Origin: a virus
IMG/VR virus record: IMGVR_UViG_3300027833_003138
Location: 1 to 64,000 of that record
Strand: one strand, 5' to 3'
DNA length: 64,000 nt
Shown here: in pieces, positions 1 to 8,385 of the stretch
Layout: each line of letters begins with the position of its first letter
Position numbering within the stretch: the stretch's first letter is position 1
Notes under the pieces: model-generated
Databases searched by the model: none
What the model saw: the letters and a program-made list of their open reading frames with translations, nothing else
Told to the model about the DNA's origin: nothing
Position numbers and translations under genes: made by a program

Positions 1-151
1 TTCCACTTCCGACGACGCTACTACCACCACTTCCACCACTACCACCATCATAATAAATTACTTGGTCACCCTCGGTTCGTCTTGTGAGTGTTTTATCGCC
101 TATAGTCGCGGATGCTAGACTGTTATCCGTTATTATTGTTTTAATGCTCAT
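1..151 (-). CDS. Partial Gly/Ser-rich protein (runs off window), probably structural
   Basis: Manual translation from ATG at 151: MSIKTIITDNSLASATIGDKTLTRRTEGDQVIYYDGGSGGSGGSSVVGSG..., open to the window edge; not in ORF track. Confidence 0.6.
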   Translation of the reverse strand, partial: MSIKTIITDNSLASATIGDKTLTRRTEGDQVIYYDGGSGGSGGSSVVGSG

Positions 152-226
152 TTTATTATTACGTTATAATTTTATTCCTCTGTATATGATTTAGTTGTCT
201 CATTTTCATTCTGGGGGGCGGGCTGT

Positions 227-1066
227 TCAAATAAACATAAGAAATAAACTGACAACCGGATTCCCGGAGGTAGCCACATAAACTTTATCGTCAACCGGAC
301 CGGCGCCGCCCGAGTGCATTCCCCAGTAGGCACGAGCTTGAGTTTCCCCACTCTTATAAAGAACCACGTATTTTGAACTACCCCATGTCAGACTTCCTGT
401 ATTACGAGGAATACTCACCCCTGAAATAAAACTCGGTATTAAACTCAGTTCGTCAGGATTGATGCCAGACCATGTTGCTTCCGCACCTAAAATAAAAACG
501 CTTGATGTCCCAGAGGGTACGGTAATACCGGTTCCGAGACTAGATAGTTGCTTTGTGGTGCCGATACCGCCTAAATAACCCGCGGTGACAGCGTATCTAT
601 TGATAGCCCCCCCCGAACTCATTCCATCTAGTTTTGTCTTATCCTCTGATGACATCAGTCCATCCGCAGATGTTGTGGCATTACTCTGGACTATACCGCT
701 AGATCCTGCGCCTGAATTAGCTTGAATCCACGCGTTAGTTGGGTTGCCAACATAAACATGCGTGGCTGCAGTATCCACGTCGAACCATAAATCCCCTTCT
801 TCTGGGCTGGTCGGAGGAACATTTTCAACAGTAACGCTAGATCCTGCGCCTGAATTAGCTTGAATCCACGCGTTAGTTGGGTTGCCAACATAAACATACG
901 TGGCTGCATTATCCAGATCTAACCATAAATACCCTTCCTCTGGACTAGCTGGAGGAGTATCTCCCACAGTAACGCTAGAATTGTCAGAAATTAATTCATT
1001 GATTTTCGTGCGCATAGCATCGGAATCAACTTGATTTGGGCTAACTGGAAGTGGATTGATTGACAT
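227..1066 (-). CDS. Putative virion/tail-fibre-associated protein with two 46-aa repeats
   Basis: Repeat VTV..TPP.SPEEG.LW.D.D.AAT.VYVGNPTNAWIQANSGAG and ADGLMSSEDKTKLDG segment, both typical of phage tail-fibre proteins. Confidence 0.6.
   Translation of the reverse strand: MSINPLPVSPNQVDSDAMRTKINELISDNSSVTVGDTPPASPEEGYLWLDLDNAATYVYVGNPTNAWIQANSGAGSSVTVENVPPTSPEEGDLWFDVDTAATHVYVGNPTNAWIQANSGAGSSGIVQSNATTSADGLMSSEDKTKLDGMSSGGAINRYAVTAGYLGGIGTTKQLSSLGTGITVPSGTSSVFILGAEATWSGINPDELSLIPSFISGVSIPRNTGSLTWGSSKYVVLYKSGETQARAYWGMHSGGAGPVDDKVYVATSGNPVVSLFLMFI
697..980. repeat. 138-bp intragenic tandem repeat (2 copies)
   Basis: cgctagatcctgcgcctgaattagcttgaatcc... at 697 and 835; cgctaga again at 973. 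Confidence 0.9.
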
Positions 1067-1120
1067 GTTTATATATACACTTTCATTTTATCTTGTGAGA
1101 TTAGATTAATTATTCAATTA

Positions 1121-2293
1121 TTATTTACTTATTTCTTGTTGGAATTTTTCGTCAAAATCTATATCAATGTTTTCTTGTTTTTCTTGTGACGATGAAATTG
1201 CCATGGCTATTGCAATAATAATCGTTGCGCCTACAGCGATCCACGGAAGATAATGAACCTTGCTTTTCTTGGGCTCTGGCTTGGGCTCTGGTTTCGGTTC
1301 TGGCTTGGGCTCTGGTTTCGGTTCTGGCTTGGGCTCTGGTTTCGGTTCTGGCTTGGGCTCTGGTTTCGGTTCTGGTTTCGGTTTGTCCCCGCCGATCAGT
1401 TTTTCAACATCAATAATTCCATATCCCCAATCGTTATCCTTGCCAAGTTCGCCTTTGTCTTTTGTATATTTTAATAAATGTTCTCTAATTTGTTCTACAG
1501 TTTTGCAGTCATTTTTATTTTCTGTTTTTTCTTGTTTTTTATGTTTTGATAACATTAATGCTACAACACCAGCAATAAATGGACACGCCATACTTGTGCC
1601 ACTTAGACTTCGATATATATTATTTATATATGTGCTATATATTCCTACGCCAGGAGCAGCCCATTCAACTTTTTCTCCGCGAGAAGAGAAATTTGCAATC
1701 TTTCCATAGCGATCGTGGGCAGCGACCGCGATTGTTTCGTCAAATGCGGCGGGCCAATTAACTCCACCTTCACCAGTATTTCCTGCAGCGCAAATAACAG
1801 GTATATTCATTTTATATAATGTTTTTATTTTTTCATGTAAAAGATTAGATGGACTTCCACCTCCTAGGCTCATTGATACAATATCAGGTTTAACTTTTAT
1901 AGCATAATCAAGAGCAGCCGCGAGACCGCTATAGCTTCCTCCGCCAGATTTACTCAAAGCTTTTACGCAAATAACTTTTGACTTTGGAGCAACGCCAACC
2001 ATACCAACTTCATTGTTTTTCGCGCAAATAATTCCGACGCAGTGAGTTTGGTGGCCATTCTCGTCCTTGATTGGCTCGTTTGGAATGAAGTTTTCTCCGG
2101 GGATTGCGTTGTCGCCAACATCTGGATGTTCAACCATTCCAGTATCTATTACAAGAACAGTGATTCCTTCTCCTTGGGTTATCTTCCAAGTTTCTGGAAC
2201 GTTTGATTGAGTTAGGCCCCAGTCTACGACTTGACTTAAAGAATTTAATTGTTCATTAACTTCTATTTTTGGCAGATATGTTTCTTCGTTCAT
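1121..2293 (-). CDS. S8 (subtilisin-like) serine protease with (PEPK)9 linker and C-terminal TM helix
   Basis: Triad motifs VLVIDTG, HQTHCVG, GTSMACP; oxyanion AAGN; hydrophobic LPWIAVGATIIIAIAMAISS near the C-terminus. Confidence 0.92.
   Translation of the reverse strand: MNEETYLPKIEVNEQLNSLSQVVDWGLTQSNVPETWKITQGEGITVLVIDTGMVEHPDVGDNAIPGENFIPNEPIKDENGHQTHCVGIICAKNNEVGMVGVAPKSKVICVKALSKSGGGSYSGLAAALDYAIKVKPDIVSMSLGGGSPSNLLHEKIKTLYKMNIPVICAAGNTGEGGVNWPAAFDETIAVAAHDRYGKIANFSSRGEKVEWAAPGVGIYSTYINNIYRSLSGTSMACPFIAGVVALMLSKHKKQEKTENKNDCKTVEQIREHLLKYTKDKGELGKDNDWGYGIIDVEKLIGGDKPKPEPKPEPKPEPKPEPKPEPKPEPKPEPKPEPKPEPKKSKVHYLPWIAVGATIIIAIAMAISSSQEKQENIDIDFDEKFQQEISK
1268..1375. repeat. 12-bp coding tandem repeat x9 (PEPK)
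   Basis: Largely alternating cttgggctctgg / tttcggttctgg units. Confidence 0.95.
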
Positions 2294-3021
2294 TTTTTAT
2301 TTTGGATTTTTGTTATTACATATTTTAATATTTCACTTCTCATTATATCTTCTGCTCCAAAATGAAATGTATGAATTCCTCGCTCTTTACTTTCTTCGTC
2401 ATTGAATATAGAGTACATATCTGCAAAGCCACTTTTTCCATTGATATCGCTTTGCATTGGATCGCCGCAAATGATCAATTTACTGCCGCGACCAAGTCGG
2501 GTCATTAAAGTAGTAAGCTCTTTGAATGTGAAATTCTGAGATTCGTCCGCGATTACGATTTCGTTCATCCAACTGGCGCCGCGAAGGTAATTTACAGGCA
2601 TTCCTTTGATAATATCCTTTTCTCTTAAAATACTGGCTTGGCCAGGAACCAAAAGCTCGTCGAGTTTTTCGTTCATTGGCATCATATATGGATTAATCTT
2701 CTCGGCCATTTCTCCAGGAAGTGCGCCAAGGCTTTTTTCGCCACTTTCTGCGATTGTGCGTACATATGTAATGCCATTATCATTATTCATATTGTATAAT
2801 TGTAATGCTCCATATATTGCTATATAAGTTTTACTTGTGCCTGCAGGGCCGCTTATGAATACGATACTTGTTTCTTTATCAAATATTATTTTTAATAAAG
2901 CTAGTTGTTTGTCAGTTAGGCTTAGTTTTTTCAGCTTGACGTTTCTTTTGTGCAGAGAGGATGCGATCTTCTTGATCTCGTCCTCGTCTGTTATCTCGGG
3001 TTTTTTACGTTTTCGAGCCAT
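2290..3021 (-). CDS. phoH: PhoH family ATPase
   Basis: GPAGTSKT Walker A, LGALPG, YLRGAS, DESQN, TRLGRGSKLIICGDPMQSD; start reassigned to MARKRKK at 3021. Confidence 0.93.
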   Translation of the reverse strand: MARKRKKPEITDEDEIKKIASSLHKRNVKLKKLSLTDKQLALLKIIFDKETSIVFISGPAGTSKTYIAIYGALQLYNMNNDNGITYVRTIAESGEKSLGALPGEMAEKINPYMMPMNEKLDELLVPGQASILREKDIIKGMPVNYLRGASWMNEIVIADESQNFTFKELTTLMTRLGRGSKLIICGDPMQSDINGKSGFADMYSIFNDEESKERGIHTFHFGAEDIMRSEILKYVITKIQNKK

Positions 3022-3173
3022 TTGATTATATAAAAATACACTATTTTTTGATAGTGGCCAGATTTTTTTTGGATCGACGAATATGTTATAATTTATTAGA
3101 CTCATTTTCATATTGAAAAAAGGCACCCCCCGCACTTTGTGCACAATACAATTAAAAAATGAATTCATTTAAT

Positions 3174-3199
3174 GGGTAGGGTCTAAGGGGGTAGGGGGG
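3174..3199 (+). other. Potential G-quadruplex at the divergent late/early boundary
   Basis: GGG-TA-GGG-TCTAA-GGGGG-TA-GGGGGG in otherwise AT-rich DNA. Confidence 0.55.
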
Positions 3200-3320
3200 T
3201 ATAGTGCAATAAAATAATTGAATCTTTTTTCACTTTTTTTTTCGTTTTGCTTGACTTACTGACTCAATCTGATACTCTTTAAGTATAGTTAATAATAAAT
3301 AATACAATAAAATAAATAAT

Positions 3321-3536
3321 ATGAAATCATCACAACCTAAATTTGCCTCCAATCCAAACGCCGACATGGTGCTTCATGCTCTAACACTTGAAGAGTTGAA
3401 CGAGGAATTTACCCTCGCCCGTCTCTCATTAATGGATCTTGAAGAAGGATCCGAAGAACACGCAGAACGCGAAGCGTATCTTGAAACCGTTAACGATTTC
3501 AGAATCGAAGCAATCGGTATCTCCGAATTCGCTTAA
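3321..3536 (+). CDS. Hypothetical acidic early protein
   Basis: ORF downstream of a TTGACT...GATACT promoter and A/T-rich leader. Confidence 0.75.
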   Translation: MKSSQPKFASNPNADMVLHALTLEELNEEFTLARLSLMDLEEGSEEHAEREAYLETVNDFRIEAIGISEFA

Positions 3537-3566
3537 ACTTTAACACTAACATAATAAAATAATAAT

Positions 3567-3692
3567 ATGAATTACGATATACTTCTTTTAATCCTTCCTT
3601 GGCTGTTTCCTTTCTTCCTTATGTTTCGGTCTATCACTGACAAGCAAACAGATCTTTTTAAAAATAATAATAACGAAAATAAAGTAAAATAA
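3567..3692 (+). CDS. Small membrane peptide (41 aa)
   Basis: Manual: MNYDILLLILPWLFPFFLMFRSITDKQTDLFKNNNNENKVK*; same aataataatATG leader as neighbours. Confidence 0.6.
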   Translation: MNYDILLLILPWLFPFFLMFRSITDKQTDLFKNNNNENKVK

Positions 3693-3771
3693 AGTTTGCG
3701 TTTCCTTGGTTTATGTGTTACATTGTATGTATAAGATAAATTAAATAGTAACAATAAAATAATAAAATAAT

Positions 3772-3942
3772 ATGTATAAGAAAAATGATATCGTACTCGC
3801 AAAAGATAATAACACTTACCAAGTGATCGAAGAATTCACTAATGACCGATTAGGCAAGCAAGTTCTTTGCCGTCTTTATCGATCACAAAAGCGTGTTGCG
3901 TTCATGCCTTGGCAAATTAAAATCCATCCTTTATTCGCTTAA
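3772..3942 (+). CDS. Hypothetical protein (56 aa)
   Basis: Manual: MYKKNDIVLAKDNNTYQVIEEF...HPLFA*; own promoter and a leader shared with the 4911 gene. Confidence 0.65.
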   Translation: MYKKNDIVLAKDNNTYQVIEEFTNDRLGKQVLCRLYRSQKRVAFMPWQIKIHPLFA

Positions 3943-4000
3943 TGCTTGACACAATCATTTTATCTGCCATAATAGGATTAATAATAACAATAATAGAATC

Positions 4001-4309
4001 ATGCGAAAAGTAACACAACAAATTAAACAAGCCTTCAATCAAGGCACATCTCTAAAGGTAGGCAACACAAGGACAGACGGGCAAACCGTTTGGCTACATG
4101 GCAACGCCATTGTTAAGCGTGACCCTGACGGCTTGGTCAGATGGTCGCTTGCAGGATGGAACACGCCCACCACACGCGAACGCGTCAATGGTATAGCGAA
4201 TGCAGATGTTTGCCAATTCAAATTCGAGCCTGTACTAAATGGTCAAGTGATTGACTCATCCGATTGGTTCGCTTCGCCACCCAAGCTGCCCGACCTTCTA
4301 GTGTTCTAA
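4001..4309 (+). CDS. Conserved phage hypothetical protein
   Basis: MRKVT..IKQAF...VGNT...LHGNAI...GWNTPTTRERVNGI pattern; TTGACA promoter upstream. Confidence 0.8.
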   Translation: MRKVTQQIKQAFNQGTSLKVGNTRTDGQTVWLHGNAIVKRDPDGLVRWSLAGWNTPTTRERVNGIANADVCQFKFEPVLNGQVIDSSDWFASPPKLPDLLVF

Positions 4310-4310
4310 G

Positions 4311-4602
4311 CTCTCACATAGTTGACCTATACAACAGCCCACTATGTGGGCTTTTTTGTGCCCTATCCTGCCATAGCATTGTGCAGTCGGTCTTGTCGTA
4401 AGTTCTTGAATGCCAACAACTTAGGGCAAACTGCCCTCCGGAGTTTTCCGTAACTCGTTGAACGGCAACGACTTACAACAGAATTGATACAGATTCCGTG
4501 CCAACTTCGCAACAAAATCGCAACAGGATTGTGCAAAAACATAGTTGAAAGGTAAGTGAGAAAAAGCTTGTGTTTTGCCGTTTTGTCTGATACATTGTAT
4601 AT
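4311..4602 (+). repeat. Intergenic regulatory repeat unit 1 (terminator, paired palindromes, conserved core, promoter)
   Basis: Homologous to 6041-6246 and 7119-7409; 4465-4566 identical to 7273-7374. Confidence 0.93.
4336..4357 (+). terminator. Rho-independent terminator
   Basis: AGCCCAC-tat-GTGGGCT followed by a T-run. Confidence 0.8.
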
Positions 4603-4833
4603 ATGATTAAGAATAATAAAGTTGAAGAAATAAAACAAGAATTGAATTTGGATCTCGACCTTGGCTTGGCATTGGCTGAAGCTGAAGGCAACTTGAACCA
4701 CTTGGCTCGTGAGTCAAATTCATCCGATTGGCAAGGTACAATCACGCAAGGCATAACAATTCTTGACGCATTGAACGCAGTACAAAAAGCAAGAAAAGCT
4801 TTTCAGAAAATAAAGCAAAATAAATCAAAATAA
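4603..4833 (+). CDS. Hypothetical protein, paralog of 7938..8141
   Basis: Shared D(L/F)G.ALA..EG...L and TI...L.....RK.F..IK; leaderless promoter TTGTGT-17-TACATT-6-ATG. Confidence 0.8.
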   Translation: MIKNNKVEEIKQELNLDLDLGLALAEAEGNLNHLARESNSSDWQGTITQGITILDALNAVQKARKAFQKIKQNKSK

Positions 4834-4910
4834 AGTTTGCAATTACGCCCGAACTATGTTACCTTTAGGTATAGAATAAATTAAATAGTAACAATAAAAT
4901 AATAAATAAT

Positions 4911-5096
4911 ATGAATTCATCATCAATAAAATTCCGTATCAGAGAAACTGAAACAGACATCCGTAACGCTACCGATTCCTTAGAAATCGCCCGACTTGAG
5001 AAAGATCTCAAAGAGTGGAAGCTCCATTTACACAACGCTCAAATGATCGAGCTTGAGGAAAGAGTTGGTTTTAGATCAATGGAGCGAAACGCTTAA
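4911..5096 (+). CDS. Hypothetical coiled-coil protein
   Basis: ORF with promoter and A-rich leader. Confidence 0.7.
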   Translation: MNSSSIKFRIRETETDIRNATDSLEIARLEKDLKEWKLHLHNAQMIELEERVGFRSMERNA

Positions 5097-5116
5097 TCTT
5101 TAATAAATTAACTAAT

Positions 5117-5305
5117 ATGAATAAAATACAAGTAAGAATCCAAGAGTGGTCAACTCATTGGTCAGTAAAAATCTTCGATCAAGGCATCGACTCAAACGGC
5201 AATGATCGCCCAAGGGTTCGGACTGCATCAAGTCAATCGCATCTTGATAAGATCATGCGAGACGAAGGTCTCAATCAATTTCGCTTTAATGTCGTCTTTC
5301 AATAA
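5117..5305 (+). CDS. Hypothetical protein
   Basis: ORF in cassette A. Confidence 0.7.
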   Translation: MNKIQVRIQEWSTHWSVKIFDQGIDSNGNDRPRVRTASSQSHLDKIMRDEGLNQFRFNVVFQ

Positions 5306-5365
5306 TAAGAAAAAAAAAGTAAAATAAAGTTTGACTTTTAACCAAAACTAGATTAAATTGTATAT

Positions 5366-5638
5366 ATGATAAAGAATAAAACATTCGTAGCAAGCGTTCA
5401 TGTCTCTTCTCTCAATGGGGAAGCAATTTCCTTATGGAATAGTAATACCAAGTCGTACATCGACATAGACAAGACGCATCATGCGATCACTATACAAGCT
5501 GAAGACAAGCACGAAGTAAGGCGAAAAGTTGCTCGCATGATTCGCACGCTTCAACCAAAGTTGCAATTTCAAACAAGCATTCAACGCAAAGATGGCGATA
5601 ATGCTCAATACTACATCCAACAAATTTGGGAAAAATAA
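5366..5638 (+). CDS. Hypothetical protein
   Basis: TTGACT-17-TAAATT-6-ATG leaderless promoter. Confidence 0.75.
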   Translation: MIKNKTFVASVHVSSLNGEAISLWNSNTKSYIDIDKTHHAITIQAEDKHEVRRKVARMIRTLQPKLQFQTSIQRKDGDNAQYYIQQIWEK

Positions 5639-5686
5639 ATTATCTTTTTTCTTGCGTAAAACTTAAAAAACTGCTTTAATAATAAA

Positions 5687-5842
5687 ATGATAAATGTACA
5701 TCCAAACCCTAACTTTGCTAATTGGTTCAATGTTGTCTTTAATGGCAAATTAATTGATGGAGCAAAATCTCACGCTAAAGCCTTGCGAATCGCAAAAAGA
5801 TTAAGTGCTAAAACAAAAGCCCCGATTCTCTCAAGCAAATAA
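5687..5842 (+). CDS. Small basic protein (51 aa)
   Basis: Manual: MINVHPNPNFANWFNVVFNGKLIDGAKSHAKALRIAKRLSAKTKAPILSSK*; TTGCGT-17-TTTAAT-6-ATG. Confidence 0.7.
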   Translation: MINVHPNPNFANWFNVVFNGKLIDGAKSHAKALRIAKRLSAKTKAPILSSK

Positions 5843-5846
5843 AATT

Positions 5847-6032
5847 ATGAACGAAAAACAAAAATTGCAAAAAATAATTGACGATCACGCCGAGCCTGCA
5901 GAAAATGGCTCTATTCTATCAAGAATGTATGTTATCGCAGCACAAATGGAACTTGATAAGATAGCTCAAAATGAGCTTGCCGACTATGTAGCTTATACCC
6001 CACTGCCCGATCCTCTCATCTTAGTTGACTAA
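5847..6032 (+). CDS. Hypothetical protein, paralog of 8180..8347
   Basis: Shared L...I..H...A..G...S...V..AQM.LD.I; start reassigned to 5847. Confidence 0.75.
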   Translation: MNEKQKLQKIIDDHAEPAENGSILSRMYVIAAQMELDKIAQNELADYVAYTPLPDPLILVD

Positions 6033-6040
6033 TAAGTTTT

Positions 6041-6246
6041 CGTAAGTAACTGAATACCAACGACTTAGGGAAAAAATCCCTGGGCGGTTTTCCGTAACTC
6101 GTTGAACGGCAACGACTTACAACAGAATCGATACAGATTCCGTGCCAACTTCGCAACAAAATCGCAGTCGAATCGTGCAAAAAGATAGTTGAAAGGTAAG
6201 TGAGAAAAAGCTTGTGTCTTGCCGGCTTTTCCTTTATGTTGTATAT
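6041..6246 (+). repeat. Intergenic regulatory repeat unit 2 (lacks the terminator part)
   Basis: Paired palindromes at about 6042 and 6094, conserved core, promoter TTGTGT-17-TATGTT. Confidence 0.93.
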
Positions 6247-6426
6247 ATGGACAAAGGAATTACACTTCTCAAAAAAGTTAAAGCCGATATCTTCTTTCAT
6301 CAAGAAGTTATCAGAAACGAGAGCGATCCGGCAATTGTTGCAATCTCCAAAGACTTACTACGACAAAATCAAGATTGGCTTGCAGAATGGGATTTACAGG
6401 ATAAAGTTGCAATGCAAAATAACTAA
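6247..6426 (+). CDS. Hypothetical protein
   Basis: Start reassigned to MDKGITLL (leaderless ATG 6 nt after -10). Confidence 0.7.
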   Translation: MDKGITLLKKVKADIFFHQEVIRNESDPAIVAISKDLLRQNQDWLAEWDLQDKVAMQNN

Positions 6427-6503
6427 AAATAAAGCTTGACCTTTATAAAAAATACTATACTCTCTTACTTATAACATTAATAATAAATAACAAAATAAAT
6501 AAA

Positions 6504-7112
6504 ATGAAAATTGCTAAAACTCAAATGAATCGAATCTCTCAATTTGCAACAAACTCAAGCCCTCGCAGTAAAACAGGACATGGTAAAAGTTTGGAGATGT
6601 TCCTCGCTGATCACTTCGACTTTCCCGAATATGATCAATACAAGTCCAAGGTTGACTTTCCAAAAGAGATCGTTGCACAGGGAAATGTTCCATCTGATTG
6701 GGTTGCAGATTGGGAAGTAAAATACTACAACATTAAATCTTCTGTTATAATGCTTGGCGACCTTGAAAGAAAAATGCAATGCCTTAAAGATGGCTTGGTT
6801 ATAGTGATTGGGCTTTACGATGGAACGCCCGACAATCTTGTAGATATTAAATTTATCAAAATCAAAGCTGATAATTCTTTACTAAAACATTTTAACACTT
6901 GGAAGAAAGCCTCTGAATTCGTTAAAGACAGAGATAACACAATAGAAGAAACTCGCCAATTCGTCAAAAATATAAATGCAAAGATCAAAAGCAAATTCTT
7001 TGTGAGTAATACCTCCATGCAAAACAGATGGAGCACTTCAAAAGGAATAATGAGAGGCGAAGCTCGTCAAGTCTCTTTGTCTATCTCATCCAAGAACTTA
7101 ATGAAAATATAA
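6504..7112 (+). CDS. Putative PD-(D/E)XK restriction-endonuclease-like nuclease
   Basis: HGKSLE ... KVD ... WEVK ... MLGDLER spacing resembles the type II REase catalytic core. Confidence 0.5.
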   Translation: MKIAKTQMNRISQFATNSSPRSKTGHGKSLEMFLADHFDFPEYDQYKSKVDFPKEIVAQGNVPSDWVADWEVKYYNIKSSVIMLGDLERKMQCLKDGLVIVIGLYDGTPDNLVDIKFIKIKADNSLLKHFNTWKKASEFVKDRDNTIEETRQFVKNINAKIKSKFFVSNTSMQNRWSTSKGIMRGEARQVSLSISSKNLMKI

Positions 7113-7118
7113 CTTAAA

Positions 7119-7409
7119 CTCCCACATAGTTAACCTATGCAATAGCCCACTATGTGGGCTTTTTTGTGCCCTATCCTGCCGTAGGATTGTGCAGTCAGTT
7201 ATCTCGTAAGGTCTTGAACATCAACGACTTAGGGAAAAAATCCCTGGGCGGTTTTCCGCAACTCGTTGAATAGCAACGACTTACAACAGAATTGATACAG
7301 ATTCCGTGCCAACTTCGCAACAAAATCGCAACAGGATTGTGCAAAAACATAGTTGAAAGGTAAGTGAGAAAAAGTTTGCGTTTTGCTTGGTTATGCCTTA
7401 TGTTTAAGT
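7119..7409 (+). repeat. Intergenic regulatory repeat unit 3
   Basis: Full-length homolog of unit 1, including terminator 7144-7165. Confidence 0.93.
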
Positions 7410-7907
7410 ATGATTAAAAATAAAACAAAAGCTTTTGTCTTCGACTTTGATGATACTTTAGCATTCACAGATGCAAAGGTTCATGTCATGAGTGAACAAA
7501 ATGAATGCGTTGCAAGCTTAACTCCTCAAGGGTTTAATGACGCAAAGCTAAAAGATGGTCAATGGTTCGACTTCTCAGACTTTGACAAATCAAGTTTTAT
7601 TCTTAACGGAACACCAACAAAATTAATAGACTTGGCGAAAGATGTTTTCAACGAAGGTCATTCTGTTTTCATCTTAACGGCAAGAACAAGCTCTGCATCT
7701 TCTGCAATAGCTGAATTCTTGGGTCACAACTTCATAACTGCAAAAGAAATTCATTGCGTTGGATCTCAAGGCTCAGACATCGCAAAATCAAAAAGAAAAG
7801 TTTTACTATCAATAATTGAAAACTTCGATAAAATTTGGTTCTTCGATGATGACGAAAGAAATATTCAATTAGCAAAAGATTTACCACTTACTGCAAAAAA
7901 AGTTTGA
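7410..7907 (+). CDS. HAD-superfamily phosphatase-like protein
   Basis: FDFDDTL (motif I), LTAR (II), K, FFDDDERN (IV); start reassigned to MIKNK at 7410. Confidence 0.85.
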   Translation: MIKNKTKAFVFDFDDTLAFTDAKVHVMSEQNECVASLTPQGFNDAKLKDGQWFDFSDFDKSSFILNGTPTKLIDLAKDVFNEGHSVFILTARTSSASSAIAEFLGHNFITAKEIHCVGSQGSDIAKSKRKVLLSIIENFDKIWFFDDDERNIQLAKDLPLTAKKV

Positions 7908-7937
7908 CACAACCCATTAAATACATTAGATTAAGAT

Positions 7938-8141
7938 ATGATTAAAACAAAAGAACAACTCTGTAACGAAATCGATTTCGGTACTGCTCTAGCACAACTT
8001 GAAGGATCGATTGATTTTCTCAACTACATGGCACAAGAAAAATCAGATGCTCCTCGGACTCTAACTGAAAAAATGACTATCGAGGGAATGCTCGAACGCA
8101 TCAAAGAAATCCGTAAACTTTTTAAAGAAATTAAAAAATAA
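7938..8141 (+). CDS. Hypothetical protein, paralog of 4603..4833
   Basis: TTGACA-17-TAGATT-5-ATG; similarity to the 4603 protein. Confidence 0.8.
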   Translation: MIKTKEQLCNEIDFGTALAQLEGSIDFLNYMAQEKSDAPRTLTEKMTIEGMLERIKEIRKLFKEIKK

Positions 8142-8179
8142 GTTTGACACAACAACCTAAGACCTATAATATCAATACT

Positions 8180-8347
8180 ATGAATAAAATAAAAGAACTC
8201 ACCGATTTAATCGCAAACCACCAACCACAAGCAGACGCAGGACATACAGGCTCTAAGCAAATAGTCGTGAATGCTCAAATGCAACTTGACGAAATCGAAT
8301 CGAATGCAAAAGCCCAAATGCTTTTAATCTCACTTTTTGCTTGTTAA
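8180..8347 (+). CDS. Hypothetical protein, paralog of 5847..6032
   Basis: Start reassigned to MNKIKEL after a TTGACA promoter. Confidence 0.75.
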   Translation: MNKIKELTDLIANHQPQADAGHTGSKQIVVNAQMQLDEIESNAKAQMLLISLFAC

Positions 8348-8385
8348 GGCTTGACTCAATCAATTAAAACAACTAGAATACAATT

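Noticed and set aside
1225-1709. Plus-strand repetitive ORFs (WALVSVLA, GLWFRFWL, GSGLGSGF)
   Set aside because: Antisense shadows of the PEPK repeat
4280-6032. Shared LPDxL C-termini of ORFs 4001 and 5847 just before repeat units
   Set aside because: Only about 8 bp of shared DNA (ctgcccga), absent before unit 3; may be chance
4363-6303. Minus-strand ORFs 4363..4701, 4473..4754 and 6016..6303 (two share LLRSWHGICI)
   Set aside because: Similarity comes from the DNA repeat; they overlap real plus-strand genes and promoters
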